Assembly (NCBI GenBank): GCA_965153455.1
Contig: OZ234493.1
Coordinates: 29,626,213 to 29,690,212, forward strand
Length of the DNA: 64,000 nucleotides
Reading direction: 5' to 3'
DNA from: Sphagnum compactum
Lineage: Eukaryota
A program made the position numbers and the translations under genes. The notes under the pieces were generated by a model, which worked only from the letters and a program-made list of their open reading frames with translations, was not told the DNA's origin and did not search any database. Positions 62,701 through 64,000 of the stretch are shown piece after piece (within the stretch, counting starts at the first letter, position 1; every line of letters starts with the position of its first letter).

Positions 62701-64000
62701 AAGAATCCATGAACATTTCATGAGCATTACTTGTAATCCCCAATATTACATTGTAATTATTTATTTCAACACATTGACATAGTGCACATTGGTCATTATA
62801 ATGATCCTATCCAAAACAAAACAATAGTTACCTTGCCTGAATATGCAAGCCACTCCATTTTCATAGGTCACATGTACCATGCACCCTTCATGATCATCAA
62901 CTGGATAATGGTTGTCATATGCCCACACGCTTTTGTACATATAAGGAAAAAGATATCACATTAGGGTCAACATCCACCCCATTAGCAATATGCACCCTTA
63001 TGATGTTCAACAACCAAGTTGCAAATGATGGGATATCTTGTGCCAAGTGATTTGACCATTGTATATTCCCTCATGCTCAACACCCACCCATTGCCCTTCT
63101 ACGAAATTCCATACAATCTTGATGCAATGTAAAGCATGCCTTGTGTCACTCTTTGCACCCATGTCCCATCCCATTACACCAAATTAGACAATGTCCAAAT
63201 GTATAGGACAATCCACTATATTGCTACCCACCACCAATTCACGTCTAAGCCTAAACCATTTGCATCCTCACCAAACCATTATGGTTTCACCAAGATTGGA
63301 ACCCAAGTTAGTCAAACTAGTCAATAATCAAACTAGTCAACTTGGAGAGGGTTGCTTGGGAGGAACCCTTCCAAGCTAGCTTCTTGAATTTCCTTTTAAA
63401 AAATCGAATTTTGATAGCAATTTGAAAATTTTCAAGCTCAAATTTTATATTTGATAACTTATTTGATTTTTTGTGTTTAATTTTTATATAAATAGTATGG
63501 AATTTAACCACATTGAATGAGATTTGAGTGTAAGGATGAATCATCATTTGAATGGATGATAGATCAAATTGACTAACCAAATGAAATGAATTTTTAAGGA
63601 AAAAAATGAACCCAAGCAATCTATGTCTATGGATGAAACTAAGTAACTTCATGGTGAATTAACATGTACTAGGTGATGGGGGTTTCCCGGCCACAAATTG
63701 TGGTGTATGATTGAATTAAAATATGTTCTCAATCCCATTCCCCCTATCATGAATCATAGATAAAATTTCATGAATGAAATTTAAAGGAACTTTCATGATG
63801 AAAAGAATTTCATGAAATTTTATCCATGAAAGTTCAGCCATTCATACATTGAATTTTTACAAATGATATTTCATGGATGCTTAGCCATAAATCATGGATG
63901 AATTTAATGCATGAAACAAAAACATGAATGAAAATAAATTCATGGATGAAGCAAAAATTGAAAATGATATTTCCTAGGTGAAACTTTACTTCATGGTAAA

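Noticed and set aside
62190-64000. Possible 3' LTR of the Gypsy element
   Set aside because: Only short degenerate repeats (atagggaaac, catggatgaa) are seen, with no match to sequence upstream of gag.

Overview
AT-rich eukaryotic land-plant DNA with GT-AG introns. It is most likely a bryophyte (moss, possibly Sphagnum); this is an inference from gene content and repeat landscape. The main feature is a minus-strand alpha/beta-hydrolase-NB-ARC-LRR immune receptor (about 16.2/17.4 kb to 7.9 kb). It carries about 64 near-identical 72-bp LRR units that vary mainly at the xxLxLxx positions, and it is broken by at least six in-frame stops and a frameshift. It lies in a ~27-kb tract bracketed by a ~2.4/2.7-kb inverted duplication. 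That tract also holds disabled copies of DUF506, CESA, CCHC zinc-knuckle, LipB and UBP26 genes, and a decayed Helitron helicase lies just outside the right copy. Further right are an intact 12-exon vacuolar sorting receptor, a small two-exon membrane-protein gene with a bZIP-site-rich promoter, two TIR elements, and a decayed Ty3/Gypsy element containing a solo LTR that itself contains a short Helitron. No database searches were run; family calls rest on recognised motifs.
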